Virus record (IMG/VR): IMGVR_UViG_3300045988_040927
Location: 1-60,467 of that record
DNA: 60,467 nucleotides
Origin: a virus
Direction: 5' to 3' (one strand)
The translations under genes were made by a program, and so were the position numbers. Below, piece by piece: positions 60,229 to 60,467 of the stretch; the first letter of the stretch is position 1; each line of letters starts with the position of its first letter. The notes beneath the pieces are model-generated. The model had not been told where the DNA came from. It did not search any database and worked only from the letters and a program-made list of their open reading frames with translations.

Positions 60229-60467
60229 ATGCGAACATTGTCTTATAAAGTTGAAGGTCAGCGACTTGAGCCTATTGGCAATCATAGTGGTGTCAAAGCT
60301 GGGTCAAAAGGATATTTAAGAGCTCAATTTAAGTTCAACGAAGACTGGGATGGATGCATAAAAGTTGCATCTTTTTTTTATAAGGGAGTAGAGTATGCAT
60401 GTAAATTAGATAAAAACGATTCATGCGATATTCCAGCAGAAGTTCTAGTAGGTTCAAGTTATAGTAT
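60229..60467 (+). CDS. 5' part of the wrap-around structural gene (Ig-like, BppU-N-like); continues at 56..134
   Basis: ATG 60229 lies 8 nt after AAAGGGTG. There is no stop before the window end. About 105 aa in total after joining across the 55-bp overlap. Confidence 0.7.
   Translation, partial: MRTLSYKVEGQRLEPIGNHSGVKAGSKGYLRAQFKFNEDWDGCIKVASFFYKGVEYACKLDKNDSCDIPAEVLVGSSYS
60413..60467. repeat. 55-bp terminal overlap (identical to 1..55)
   Basis: See the entry for 1..55. Confidence 0.9.

Overview
This window is a complete, circularly closed phage genome of about 60,412 unique bp. The first and last 55 bp are identical (an assembly overlap), and one gene reads across the junction. It looks like a temperate, low-GC, siphovirus-like phage of a Gram-positive (Firmicutes-type) host, judged from strong AGGAGG-type SD sites, GH25/CHAP/LysM/SH3b cell-wall modules and a large serine integrase. 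Nearly all genes are on the + strand; only the integrase, one small cargo gene and the CI-like repressor are on the - strand.

Module order:
- A receptor-binding-like pair (60229..wrap..1903).
- Packaging and head genes: small-terminase-like, HNH, terL, portal, and a prohead protease-major capsid fusion (2.2-9.6 kb).
- Tail genes: major tail, chaperones, an embedded GH25 muramidase, a 1853-aa tape measure, a LysM/FN3 tail protein and fibres (9.6-27.3 kb).
- Holins (27.7-28.3 kb).
- Lysogeny switch (28.5-32.2 kb).
- A 9-kb island of single-gene cassettes rich in membrane proteins (32.4-41.4 kb).
- Replication: an SF3 helicase-AEP primase-PolB fusion, an SSB-like protein and an SF2 helicase (42-49 kb).
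- Many small, zinc-ribbon-rich genes (49-54 kb).
- A displaced CHAP-SH3b endolysin (54.0-54.8 kb).
- An iteron-rich non-coding region (54.75-55.15 kb).
- A nuclease-nuclease-RNA polymerase operon (55.97-59.6 kb).

The main candidate for a new system is a 924-aa single-polypeptide, two-barrel (YonO-like) RNA polymerase that carries three sigma-region-4-like HTH modules. It occurs together with 14 copies of a conserved 27-bp non-sigma-A-like motif in front of stand-alone gene cassettes and in front of its own operon. I found no rRNA, tRNA or CRISPR array. All family assignments come from motif recognition by eye and need profile or structure searches.
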